A stretch of DNA of 64,000 bases from an uncultured Trueperaceae bacterium (GTDB lineage: Bacteria > Deinococcota > Deinococci > Deinococcales > Trueperaceae), in assembly GCA_963727505.1 (NCBI GenBank), contig CAVSGP010000004.1:96001-160000 (forward strand). Reading direction: 5' to 3'. Below, in pieces: positions 53,363 to 64,000 of this stretch. Positions within the stretch are counted from its first letter, which is position 1; every line of letters begins with the position of its first letter. A program made the position numbers and the translations under genes. The notes beneath the pieces were generated by a model that was not told the origin of the DNA, ran no database searches, and worked only from the letters and a program-made list of their open reading frames with translations.

Positions 53363-54126
53363 TTTACAGTTTCGAGCACGGCCGGAATGCCCTCGACCGG
53401 CTCGGCCGTCGTGCGTCGCTATGCTTCGTCGCCCCGTGTCGCATGACGCCCGGGCGCGGCCGACCAGCCACCGGCCCGGCGGGACCGCGGGCTCCGGCCG
53501 TGGCTCTCGCCTCCGGGCGCGCCGGCGAGCGGGCGCCCGCAACGCGTCGCGCTCCCGGCCCCGGCGCCCGGCTACGACCGGCGCCGCCCGGCACCGCGCC
53601 GCCGCCGACGGAGCGGCCGTCCGCCGGCGACCGCCCACGCATGCGTCCAGCCCACATCCGCCCACGGCTGCCGACGTCCGGTCCGCGCCGGCGCGCTCCC
53701 CGGTACCACCACCCTCTGGCTGCGGTCCACCTCGAGCCGGTCCCCCACGATCTCCTCGAACCCGCCGCGGACCGCCGCGTGGCGATGGTCCCCCAGGTCG
53801 CCCGTCCAGACGCACGGTCCCCGCCTCCGCCGGCGGCCACGCGCCTTCACCGGCGTGGCGATGCCCGCCGTACGTCCCTGACGCGAAGGGCGCCACGCGC
53901 ATCGTGCCAGCGGACGCGGCATCATGGTTGGTCCCGACCGGTCTAGCTGCACGTCGACACCTTCGCTAGAACGGTCTACCTTTCACGATGCGAGGGCCCT
54001 GCGCGCGGCGCGGCGGCGCTCCGACTTCGGGGGGACGGCGTGAAGCTGCGTCGGTCGTCCGTGGCGGTGGAAGCACGTCCCATCGATTTGATAATTCCCG
54101 AGCGGGCACGGACCCCTTCTTGCCGC

Positions 54127-55215
54127 TCAGGCACCGACGTGCTGACGCTTCGAAGCGAGATGCGCCACGACGTAGGCGGCGTCGCGGCCGACGCCCCCGA
54201 GCAACACCGAGCTCAGCGAGTGGAGGAACGGCAATCCCAGGAAGTAGAGTCCTGGACAGTACACCACCACGCCGCGCCGTGCGATGGGCAGGCCGGCCCG
54301 ATACCGCACCGGGAGCTCGATCCAGTCGTGCCGCAGGTGGTAGCCCGTGCACCACACGACGTTCGCGACATTGAGGACCGTACCGTCGGTCAGGACAGGG
54401 CGGCCGCCTTGCACGCCGGCCACGCGCGGAACCCTCCGGATGCCCGCGGCGGCGAAGTCCGCCCGCCGGACCCGGCCGAGCGGGACGCCTCGAGGCGGGT
54501 CCAGGAAGACGTCGCGGACCTTGCGGCCGATGGGCGTGCCCACCGTGAGGACGCGCGTGGCTGCGAACCAGAAGATCGGTGCGACCAGGCGGTGGCCGGG
54601 CGTCCCCGCCGCCGCGGGCTCCTGTCCCGTGTCCCGCCCCGACAGCGCCACCCGGTGGGTCCGCGCCAGCTCGACCGCGATCTCCGCGCCGGAGTTGCCC
54701 GCGCCCACGACCAGCACGTCGCCCCGCTGCAGCTGCGAGGGATTGCGGTAGGCCTTGGAGTGGAGCTGGACGATGCCCTCGTCCAGCTCGCCCGCGAACG
54801 GCGGGACCTTGGGCACGTGATAGGCCCCGGCGGCCACCACGACGTGGTCCGCCAGCCACCGTCCCCCGCCGTGCAGCACCTCGAAGCGCCCCTGCGCCGC
54901 GCGCAGCCGCTCGACCCGGACCCCGGTGCGCACGGGCAGGTCGAACGCACGCGCGTACGCCTCCAGGAACGCCGCAACCTCGTCCTTGCTCGGGTAGCTC
55001 CAACCCGCGGCGGGGAACCGCTTGCCGGGCAGCGCGTCGTAACGCGCGGGCGTGAACAGCCTGAGCGAGTCCCAGCGCTTGCGCCAGCTGTCGCCGACCC
55101 GTTCGTGGGCGTCCAGGATGACGAAGGGCAGCCCGCGACGCTTGAGGTGGTACCCCGCGGCCAGCCCGGCCTGTCCCCCGCCGATGACGACGGTCTCGAC
55201 GCGCTCGTCGCTCAC
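54127..55215 (-). CDS. Flavin-containing monooxygenase-like FAD/NAD(P) oxidoreductase
   Basis: VIGGGQAG, WDSLRLFTP, LHSKAYRNP, VVGAGNSG, VWCTGY. Confidence 0.9.
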   Translation of the reverse strand: MSDERVETVVIGGGQAGLAAGYHLKRRGLPFVILDAHERVGDSWRKRWDSLRLFTPARYDALPGKRFPAAGWSYPSKDEVAAFLEAYARAFDLPVRTGVRVERLRAAQGRFEVLHGGGRWLADHVVVAAGAYHVPKVPPFAGELDEGIVQLHSKAYRNPSQLQRGDVLVVGAGNSGAEIAVELARTHRVALSGRDTGQEPAAAGTPGHRLVAPIFWFAATRVLTVGTPIGRKVRDVFLDPPRGVPLGRVRRADFAAAGIRRVPRVAGVQGGRPVLTDGTVLNVANVVWCTGYHLRHDWIELPVRYRAGLPIARRGVVVYCPGLYFLGLPFLHSLSSVLLGGVGRDAAYVVAHLASKRQHVGA

Positions 55216-55278
55216 GGCTCCTCCTTCCCCTCGTCGGAATGGGTGGGCGGGGTGTGCGTGCGGCACCCGCGCCGGCCG

Positions 55279-55578
55279 TCAGCTCTCGATGCGGAAGATC
55301 TCGCGGCGGCCGCTCACCACCAGGTCGTGGTAGTCCGCCATCGCGCCGCGCACCCGTGCGTCGTCCATGAGCCTGCGCTCGAGGCCGAAGAAATCGTCGA
55401 TGCCCTCGACGCTCGCCTCGGCGACGAGCGTCCAGAAGGGCTCGCTCGCGACGTCGGTCAGGATGCGCAGCGGGCGCTCGCCCAGCTCCTCGAGCGCCGT
55501 CGACATCACCCGGAATTTCTCGGCAAGCGCCCGTACCCTTCCCGGCTTGCAGTTGAGGATCTCGCGCACGACGTACAT
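55279..55578 (-). CDS. Small hypothetical protein (NIPSNAP/dimeric alpha-beta barrel-like)
   Basis: GGAGGG RBS; MYVVREILNCKPG...GRREIFRIE. Confidence 0.7.
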   Translation of the reverse strand: MYVVREILNCKPGRVRALAEKFRVMSTALEELGERPLRILTDVASEPFWTLVAEASVEGIDDFFGLERRLMDDARVRGAMADYHDLVVSGRREIFRIES

Positions 55579-55809
55579 GGTGCCCTCCCCTGGGGCGTTC
55601 GGTCCGGCCCGCCCCCGTGTGTGGGGGCACCGTAGCGCGACCGGCACGCCGCCGGCATCGGGGAGAACCCCCAAGACCGCCAACCCCGGCGTGCGTGGTT
55701 CCACCCACGCCGGGGCGCCCCGGTCGCGGGGGGACGGCGCCCCGTCCTGAGTATGGAACCGCACCCGCACGCGCGCAAGCACGCCGGCACCGCGGTCGCG
55801 CGGTCGCAC

Positions 55810-57201
55810 CTATAGCAGCGTGCCGGTCAGCAAGGTCGCGGCCACGGTGAAGAAGATGATGATGCCGGTGACGTCGACGATGGTCGCGACGAAGGGCGCC
55901 GACGACGACGCCGGGTCGGCGCCGATACGCTTGAGCACGATCGGGAGCAACGAGCCGGCCAGCGACCCCCAGAGCACCACGCCGATGAGCGAGAAGAAGA
56001 TCGTGCCGGCGATGAGCGGCCAGTGCGGGCCGTACATATCGAACGCCAGCGCCCACACGGTGATGCGCGCGAAGCCCACGGTGCCGAGGATGAGCCCGAG
56101 CGACAACCCCGCCACCAGCTCCCGGCGCATCACGCGCCACCAGTCGCGGACCGTCACCTCGCCCAGCGCCATGGCGCGCGTCACCAGCGTGGCGGCCTGC
56201 GAGCCCGAGTTGCCGCCGCTGGAGATGATCAGAGGGATGAACAGCGACAGCACCACGGCCTTGGCGATCTCGGTCTGGAAGAACCCCATCGCGGTAGCGG
56301 TGAGCATCTCGCCGATGAACAACATCACCAGCCACACCGCGCGCTTGCGCACCAGCGCGGGAATGCTGAGCCGCAAGTAGGGCTCGTCGAACGCCTCGAC
56401 ACCGCCGAGCTTGTGGAAATCCTCGGTAGCTTCTTCTTCGGCCACGTCCAGCACATCGTCCACCGTGACGATGCCAACGAGGATCCCGCCGGTGTCGGTG
56501 ACGGGGAGCGCGGTGCGGTCCAGCCTGCGGAAGGCGCTGACCGCCTCCTCCTGGTCCTGGGTGGCCTCCAGCGCCACGAACTGCCGGTCCATGAGCGCCT
56601 CGATGCGGGTCTCCGGATCGACGAGAAGCAGCTCACGCATCCGCAGGTCGTCGATGAGCCGCCCGCCCTTGGCCGTGACGTAGAGGATGTTGAGGGTCTC
56701 GGAGTCGCTGCCGAACTGCCGGATGTGCGCCAGGGCGTCCCCAACGGTCCAGTGCGGCTTGACCGCTACGTAATCGGGCGTCATCAGGCGGCCGACCGAG
56801 TCTTCCGGATAGCCGAGCAGGCGCGTGGCCACGCTGCGCTCGTCCGGCGAGAGCAGATTGAGCAGGCGCTTCGTCACCTTGCCGGGCAGCTCTTCGAGGA
56901 GCGCCGTGCGATCGTCCGGCGACATGTCGTTGAGGATGTGCGCCACGTCGCGGTCGCCCATCGCCCTGAGCAGGCGTTCCTGGGCGTCGACGCGCAGGTA
57001 CTCGAAGGTGTCGGCCGCCAGGTCGCGCGGCAGGATGCGGAACACCACCGCCTCCGCCTCGTGCGGCAGGTCGTCCATCAGCTCGGCGAGGTCGGGCGGT
57101 TCCCGGTCGCGAAGTCGCGTCCGGAGCTCCTCGAAACGCCGCGCCTCGACCAGCTCCAGGAGCTCGTCGCGCTGGGCCTCCAGATCGGGAGCCTGAACCA
57201 T
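55810..57201 (-). CDS. mgtE: Magnesium transporter MgtE
   Basis: CBS pair, GIVTVDD, SSGGNSGSQ, DPASSSAPFVATIVDVTG. Confidence 0.96.
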   Translation of the reverse strand: MVQAPDLEAQRDELLELVEARRFEELRTRLRDREPPDLAELMDDLPHEAEAVVFRILPRDLAADTFEYLRVDAQERLLRAMGDRDVAHILNDMSPDDRTALLEELPGKVTKRLLNLLSPDERSVATRLLGYPEDSVGRLMTPDYVAVKPHWTVGDALAHIRQFGSDSETLNILYVTAKGGRLIDDLRMRELLLVDPETRIEALMDRQFVALEATQDQEEAVSAFRRLDRTALPVTDTGGILVGIVTVDDVLDVAEEEATEDFHKLGGVEAFDEPYLRLSIPALVRKRAVWLVMLFIGEMLTATAMGFFQTEIAKAVVLSLFIPLIISSGGNSGSQAATLVTRAMALGEVTVRDWWRVMRRELVAGLSLGLILGTVGFARITVWALAFDMYGPHWPLIAGTIFFSLIGVVLWGSLAGSLLPIVLKRIGADPASSSAPFVATIVDVTGIIIFFTVAATLLTGTLL

Positions 57202-57378
57202 GTGCCTCACCTCCGCCCGTCACCGACGCCGGGCGCGCATCTGGCGCGTCCGGGGCCAGGGAAGTCTACCAGCCGCGCGCCGCTCTCCCCCGCCGGCTGC
57301 GGCCGCCGCGTCGGCACCTCATGCGCACATCGTCACAAGCAATAAGCTCGTGCGTTTGTGACGGCGCGTGCCGAGGGC

Positions 57379-57960
57379 TCAGTTCAACTCGTCCAACGTG
57401 AGTTGGAAGCTCGGCACGAACGTCTCCAGGAAGTAGCCCACCTCGGGCTCCTCCACCGCCGCCAGATCGGCCCCGATGGCCTGCTCCGCGCGCACGAACT
57501 CCTCGTTGCCCGCCTTGGCCTCCTCCACACACTTGAGGTAGGCGGTGAGCTTGTCGGCGAGCTTCACCAGCCGCCACTCAGCGGCGTCGGCATCCGCCGG
57601 GAAGAACAGCTCGCGGTAGTCGGGCCGGAGTGCCGTGGGGAGCATCTTCAGCAGACGCTCGCGGGCCACGTCACGGATGCCGTCCATCGCCTCGGCGACC
57701 CGGGGGTTGAAATACTTGATGGGGGTAGGCACGTCGCCGGTGATGACCTCCTCGGCATCGTGGAACACGGCCAGCAACGCGGTCCGCTCGGGGTCTACCG
57801 AACCGCCGTAGAGCCGGTTGCGGATGACCGCCAGGGCGTGCGCCACCATCGCCACCTGCAAGCTGTGCTCCTGGGTGTTCTCGGGGCGCGTGTTGCGCAT
57901 CAGACCCCAGCGCAGGATGTATTTCAGGCGAGCCAGGTAGGCAAAGTAGTGGCTGCTCAC
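57379..57960 (-). CDS. yfbR: HD-domain 5'-deoxynucleotidase
   Basis: RWGLMRN, ENTQEHS, FHDAEEVITGDVPTPIKY, ADKL; leaderless (TACGAT 7 nt upstream). Confidence 0.92.
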   Translation of the reverse strand: MSSHYFAYLARLKYILRWGLMRNTRPENTQEHSLQVAMVAHALAVIRNRLYGGSVDPERTALLAVFHDAEEVITGDVPTPIKYFNPRVAEAMDGIRDVARERLLKMLPTALRPDYRELFFPADADAAEWRLVKLADKLTAYLKCVEEAKAGNEEFVRAEQAIGADLAAVEEPEVGYFLETFVPSFQLTLDELN

Positions 57961-58068
57961 GCCGGATATCGTACCGTGGGCAGCGGAGGGGCCCGCCCGC
58001 AGGCTATGAAACATCGCATTGACGCGTGGCGGTGCGCTCCGTACGCTCTGGTGAACGAGGAGGAGACC

Positions 58069-58431
58069 GTGAAGCGTCTTGCCTGGATAGCGCTCGGGTT
58101 GCTGGCCATCACGCTCGCAGCGTGCGCACCCACCACCGCGGTGGAGACCAACGTGACCCCGACCCTGATCTCCGTCACGCCCCCGCAGTCGAGCGGCGGC
58201 ACCGTCGTGCTCCAGGGCCGCTACTTCGGCGACGGCCACGGCGGCACGGGGGCCAACAGCTACGTCCTTGTCGGGGCGAACATGAACCGCGAGGGCGGCA
58301 TGAAGGTGCAGTCGTCGTCGTGGAGCCCCAACCGTATCGAGTTCCCGGAGCCGCAGAACGCGGGGTACGGCTTCGTCTTCGTGGTCGTCAACGGCCAGCC
58401 GAGCAACGGCCTCCCCGCGAACTTCCCCTGA
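58069..58431 (+). CDS. Lipoprotein with IPT/TIG-like domain
   Basis: LAAC lipobox, PTLISVTP, VVLQGRYFG, SWSPNRIEF, VNGQPSN. Confidence 0.8.
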   Translation: MKRLAWIALGLLAITLAACAPTTAVETNVTPTLISVTPPQSSGGTVVLQGRYFGDGHGGTGANSYVLVGANMNREGGMKVQSSSWSPNRIEFPEPQNAGYGFVFVVVNGQPSNGLPANFP

Positions 58432-58540
58432 ACGAAGCGCTACGAGCGGCATCGAGCCGCTCACCGAGCCTGCGGGGTCGCCATCGGCGGCCCCGCTTCT
58501 CGTGGTGCGGGCGCTCAGACGCGCGGTAGACTCGGACCCT

Positions 58541-59800
58541 ATGAAACCGCAAGCCGTGAAGGGCACCCATGACGTCCTGCCCGACCAGCAGCCCCTCTGG
58601 CGGCACCTGCTGGGTGCGGTCGAGCGCGAGTTCTCGCGCTCGGGCGTCCGCCAGATCACCACGCCGGTGTTCGAGTACAGCGAGGTCTTCGACAAGTCGG
58701 TGGGCGATTCCGCCGATCTGGTCGTGCAGAAGGAGATGTACACGTTCGAGGACCGGGGCGGACGCAGCCTGACCTTGCGGCCGGAGTTCACGGCCGGGGT
58801 GCTACGCGCCTTCATCGAGCACGGCATGCACACCCTGCCGCGCCCCGTGAAACTGTGGAGCGCGGGTCCCCTGTTCCGCGCCGAGAACGTGCAGCGCGGC
58901 CGCTACCGCCAGTTCCACCAGATCAACCTCGAGATCGTGGGCCTCTCCCAAGCGCTCGCCGACGCCGAGGCGGTCCAGCTCGTGTATCGATCGCTGAAAC
59001 GCGCAGGGTTGCGGCGGCACCGCGTGCGGCTGGGGTCGGTGGGCGACCCCGAGGACCGCGCGGCCTACAACGCCTATCTGCGCGAGAAGCTCACCCCCCA
59101 TGCCGAAGCGCTCTCGGAGACGAGCCAGCGCCGGCTGGAGCTCAACCCCATGCGGGTGCTCGACAGCAAGTCCGAAGAGGACCAGGCGCTGCTGGAGGGC
59201 CTCAAGCGCCCGCTCGACTTCCTGGGGGAAGCGGCCCGCGCTCACCTGGACGAGGTCCGGCGTTACCTCGACGGATGGGACGTGCCCTACGAGATCGACC
59301 CCGCGATCGTGCGTGGGCTCGACTACTACCGCCGCACCGCGTTCGAGGTCCACTTCGAGGGCATCGGCGCCCAGTCCGCGCTCGGTGGGGGCGGCCGCTA
59401 CGACGGCCTCATCGAGAACCTCGGCGGGCCGGCGCTCCCGGGCGTGGGCTGGGCGGTCGGCGTCGAGCGGATCTTCGACGCCCTGGCGCAGGAAGGGATC
59501 ACCCCGACCGACGACAGCGGTCCGGCGCTCTACCTGGTGCCGCTCGACGAACCGGCGGTCCTCGAGGTGACGCGCCTGGCGAGCGCGCTGCGGGAGCAGT
59601 TCCGGGTCGAGCACAGCTACCAACCCCGCAACCCGGGCAAGGGCCTCAAGGAGGCCGACCGCAGTGGCGCGGCGTTCGCCGCCCTGCGCGGCAGCAGCGA
59701 GCGGGAGCGCGGCGTCGTGCAGCTCAAGAACCTGGCCAGCGGCGAACAGGCGGCGGTCGCCGAGGGCGACGTGATGCGCTACCTGCAGGAGCGCCTGTGA
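58541..59800 (+). CDS. hisS: Histidine--tRNA ligase
   Basis: [30 protein letters not shown]. Confidence 0.97.
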   Translation: MKPQAVKGTHDVLPDQQPLWRHLLGAVEREFSRSGVRQITTPVFEYSEVFDKSVGDSADLVVQKEMYTFEDRGGRSLTLRPEFTAGVLRAFIEHGMHTLPRPVKLWSAGPLFRAENVQRGRYRQFHQINLEIVGLSQALADAEAVQLVYRSLKRAGLRRHRVRLGSVGDPEDRAAYNAYLREKLTPHAEALSETSQRRLELNPMRVLDSKSEEDQALLEGLKRPLDFLGEAARAHLDEVRRYLDGWDVPYEIDPAIVRGLDYYRRTAFEVHFEGIGAQSALGGGGRYDGLIENLGGPALPGVGWAVGVERIFDALAQEGITPTDDSGPALYLVPLDEPAVLEVTRLASALREQFRVEHSYQPRNPGKGLKEADRSGAAFAALRGSSERERGVVQLKNLASGEQAAVAEGDVMRYLQERL

Positions 59801-59879
59801 ACCGGCCGCCCACCTGCCCCGCCTGCCGGTCGGCGCACGCGGAGATGCCCGGGGGGCGCGCTCTGATAAGCTCACGGGC

Positions 59880-61658
59880 ATGAGACGGAGCCATTCCTGC
59901 GGGGCATTACGTGCCTCGCATGCCTCCCAGACCGTCGTCCTGCAGGGGTGGGTCAACCGCAGGCGCGACCTCGGCGGGCTGATCTTCTTCGACCTGCGCG
60001 ACCGCGAGGGCCTCACCCAGATCGTGGTGGAGCCCGACGACACCGAAGCCTTCGCCGCCGCCCAGGGCGTCCGCGGCGAGTTCGTGGTGGAGATCGAGGG
60101 CGAGGTGCGACTCCGCCCCGCCGACCAGCGCAACGACCGCAACGCGACCGGCGAGGTCGAGGTCGTGGCCAGGCGACTCGAAGTGCTCTCCCCCGCCCGT
60201 ACGCCGCCCTTCCTGGTCGACGGCAGCGTCGATGCCCGGGAGGTCAGCGAGGACCTGCGTCTCAAACATCGCTATCTCGACCTCAGGCGCCCGCAGGCGC
60301 TGGCGCCGCTGCGCGTGCGTCACCACGTGACCAAGGCGATCTGGGACTACCTCGACGACCGCGGCTTCATCCAGGTAGAGACGCCGCTGCTCACGCTGTC
60401 CACGCCCGAGGGAGCGCGCGACTTCGTGGTTCCGGCGCGCCTCAAGCCGGGATCGTTCTACGCGCTCCCGCAGTCGCCCCAGCTCTTCAAGCAGATGCTG
60501 ATGATGGCGGGCGTCGATCGCTACTTCCAGGTGGCGCGCTGCTTCCGCGACGAGGACCTCCGTGCCGACCGCCAGCCCGACTTCACCCAGCTCGACGTCG
60601 AGATGGCGTTCGTCGATCAGGACGACGTGCTAGAGCTCAACGAGGGGCTCATGGAAGCCGTCGTCAACGCGGCCACCGGCGCCGAGATCGCGACCCCGTT
60701 CCCACGCCTGAGCTACCGCGAGGCGATGGACCGCTACGGGAGCGACAAGCCCGACACCCGCTTCGGCCTGCCGCTTGCCGACGCCTCACCCGCGTTCGAG
60801 GGCACCGCGTTCCGGGGGTTCTCCTCGGTGCTCGACGCCGGTGGCGTGGTGAAGACTCTCCGCGTCCCCGCCTCCAACGCTGCGCCGTTGACGCGACGGG
60901 TGCTGGACGAGCTGGAAGCGCACGCGAAGCGTCACGGAGCCAAGGGGATGGCCTGGCTCCGGCGCGGCGGCCAGGGCGCCTTCAGCGGCCCGATCGCGAA
61001 GTTCCTGGGCGAGGGCGAGCGCATGCGGCTGCAGGAGCTGGCGGAGGACGAGGGTGACGTATTGCTCCTCGTCGCCGATCGTTGGAAGGTTGCCGGCACG
61101 GCTCTGGGCGCGGTGCGCAGCCGCCTCCCCGAGCTGCTCGGCATCGACCTTCCAGACAGGCTCGACTTCCTGTGGGTCGTGGACTTCCCGCTGCTGGAGC
61201 GGGACGAGGACAGCGGAGGCTGGACCTATATGCACCACCCCTTCACACGCCCCAACGAAGCCGACCTCGACCGCTTGGAGAGCGACCCGGGGTCGGTGCG
61301 AGCGCACGCCTACGACCTGGTCCTCAACGGTAACGAGATCGGCGGCGGCAGCCTGCGCATCCACCGTCTCGACGTGCAGCGCCGCATGTTCCGCGCGCTG
61401 GGCTTCAGCGACGACGAGGCCGAGCGCCGCTTCGGATTCTTCCTGGAGGCGCTCTCCTACGGCGCGCCCCCGCACGGCGGCATCGCCTGGGGGCTCGACC
61501 GGCTGGTGATGCTATTGAGCGGGGCCTCGAGCCTGCGCGACGTGATCGCCTTCCCGAAGAATCAGCGCGGCGGTGATCCACTCACCGGCGCTCCGTCGTC
61601 GGTGGACGAGGAGCAGCTCCGGGAGCTGGGGCTCGCCCTCGCAGGTGACCGCGCATGA
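59880..61658 (+). CDS. aspS: Aspartate--tRNA ligase (probably discriminating)
   Basis: [41 protein letters not shown]. Confidence 0.97.
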   Translation: MRRSHSCGALRASHASQTVVLQGWVNRRRDLGGLIFFDLRDREGLTQIVVEPDDTEAFAAAQGVRGEFVVEIEGEVRLRPADQRNDRNATGEVEVVARRLEVLSPARTPPFLVDGSVDAREVSEDLRLKHRYLDLRRPQALAPLRVRHHVTKAIWDYLDDRGFIQVETPLLTLSTPEGARDFVVPARLKPGSFYALPQSPQLFKQMLMMAGVDRYFQVARCFRDEDLRADRQPDFTQLDVEMAFVDQDDVLELNEGLMEAVVNAATGAEIATPFPRLSYREAMDRYGSDKPDTRFGLPLADASPAFEGTAFRGFSSVLDAGGVVKTLRVPASNAAPLTRRVLDELEAHAKRHGAKGMAWLRRGGQGAFSGPIAKFLGEGERMRLQELAEDEGDVLLLVADRWKVAGTALGAVRSRLPELLGIDLPDRLDFLWVVDFPLLERDEDSGGWTYMHHPFTRPNEADLDRLESDPGSVRAHAYDLVLNGNEIGGGSLRIHRLDVQRRMFRALGFSDDEAERRFGFFLEALSYGAPPHGGIAWGLDRLVMLLSGASSLRDVIAFPKNQRGGDPLTGAPSSVDEEQLRELGLALAGDRA

Positions 61659-62467
61659 TCCCGGTCGTCGTTCTCGACCTAGACGGTACCCTCATCGGAT
61701 CGCAGGGCGTGGTGCAGTCGTGCGTGTGGGACGCTGCCGAGCGCGTGCGCGAGGCCGGCGTCAAGCTGGTGGTGTGCACGGGCCGGCCGGCGTTCGGCGT
61801 CGCGCAGCGCGTTGCGCGACGGCTAGGTCCGACGGCGCCGCACGTGTTCCAGTCGGGCGCGCACGTCGCCTACCCCGACGGTGAGACCCTCAAGGCATCG
61901 GCGCTCAAGGAGGCGGCCGCGCGGCGCATCATCGAGCAGGCGCGCAAGCTCGGCAGCGTGCTGGAGCTTTACACCCCGAGCAACCTGTTCGTCGAGCGCA
62001 AGACCGACATGAGCGAGGCGCACGCCAAGATGCTCGGCGTCAATGCCATCGTGCGCGACCTGGAGGACGTGGTGGCCAACGAGCCGGTCGTGCGCGCGCA
62101 GTGGATCGTGCCGCTCGACCTGGTCGCCACGGTCACGGGCCTGTCGGGCGACGGCGTGCAGGTGTCCACCGCGACCAGCCCGGCTCTGAAGAACACCGCC
62201 TTCGTGAGCGTCACACGGGAGGGCGTCTCCAAGGCGAGCGCCGTGCGGCATGTGGCGGAGGTGCTCCGGGTCCGACTCGAGGACATGATGGCGGTGGGCG
62301 ACAGCCTCGGCGACCTGTCGATGCTGGAGGCGGTCGGACACCCGGTGGTGATGGCGAACAGCGCGCCCGAATTGCTGGAGCGTTTCGCCCACGTGGCCGG
62401 CGACGTGGAGTCGTGCGGCGTGGTGGCAGCGCTCGACGAGGCCCTCGCGGCGTCGGGTCGGAGCTGA
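61655..62467 (+). CDS. Cof-type HAD phosphatase
   Basis: [26 protein letters not shown]. Confidence 0.92.
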   Translation: MIPVVVLDLDGTLIGSQGVVQSCVWDAAERVREAGVKLVVCTGRPAFGVAQRVARRLGPTAPHVFQSGAHVAYPDGETLKASALKEAAARRIIEQARKLGSVLELYTPSNLFVERKTDMSEAHAKMLGVNAIVRDLEDVVANEPVVRAQWIVPLDLVATVTGLSGDGVQVSTATSPALKNTAFVSVTREGVSKASAVRHVAEVLRVRLEDMMAVGDSLGDLSMLEAVGHPVVMANSAPELLERFAHVAGDVESCGVVAALDEALAASGRS

Positions 62468-62506
62468 GCCGCGCCCGCCCCACCGGCCCCTGGTAGACTC
62501 GCACGC

Positions 62507-63805
<1,299 letters not shown>

Positions 63806-63913
63806 CCGCCTCCCCCAGAGGTCCGGCGCACCGTCAGCACCGGCCCGGCGGCCCTCCGGGCCGGCCTCTGGCTGGCCGCCGCCGTCCGCACGTCCGGGTC
63901 CGGAGGGCCAGGC

Positions 63914-64000
63914 TCAGAGAGCCGAGTCCACCGCTACGTGGCCGAGCAGCGTGTGCGCAGGCTGGCCTTCGCGAAGGAAGCGCACCTCGTCGGCGCCGTT
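63914..64000 (-). CDS. 3' end of a gene extending beyond the window (GerMN-like C-terminus)
   Basis: ...NGADEVRFLREGQPAHTLLGHVAVDSAL*. Confidence 0.55.
   Translation of the reverse strand, partial: NGADEVRFLREGQPAHTLLGHVAVDSAL

Noticed and set aside
55695..55710. T-box core GGGTGGAACCACG on the - strand
   Set aside because: Falls inside a self-complementary hairpin, no stem I/specifier upstream, and the downstream gene is unrelated to amino acids
57202..57378. M-box (ykoK) riboswitch upstream of mgtE
   Set aside because: The apparent -10 (TAGACT ~57263-57268) leaves only a ~55-nt UTR; the CGTCACAA...TTGTGACG repeat (57331-57363) is more simply a hairpin after yfbR

Overview
GC-rich chromosomal window, most likely from a Deinococcota bacterium (Trueperaceae/Deinococcales-like, inferred from MglAB, a Thermus/Deinococcus-type DnaE insertion, a DUF4384-type lipoprotein and pervasive leaderless genes). 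It is mostly housekeeping: gcvT-H-PA-PB, mglBA, glpKD, dprA, cysS, thrS, two cyclophilins, pilT, dnaE, nnrE, yebC, dnaJ-like/hspR, smc, birA, mgtE, yfbR, hisS-aspS-HAD-asnS and four tRNAs (Met, Leu-UAA, Cys, Val). Four signals stand out. (1) A 28-bp 11-6-11 dif-like palindrome (53335-53362) lies directly upstream of a lone tyrosine recombinase gene with no phage or ICE context, and GGGNAGGG (KOPS-like) octamers mostly converge on it, suggesting a single-recombinase Xer/dif module. (2) Unannotated leaderless micro-ORFs precede cysS (two Cys codons plus an anti-SD), thrS, a Gfo/Idh/MocA gene and the recombinase. (3) A hidden, diverged 44-codon duplicate of the nnrE 3' end brackets an integrase-less AraC-VOC-UvrA-like islet. 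(4) A SpeD-like and an AroE-like protein lack their catalytic residues. All calls come from reading the sequence; no database searches were run, so novelty is unverified.
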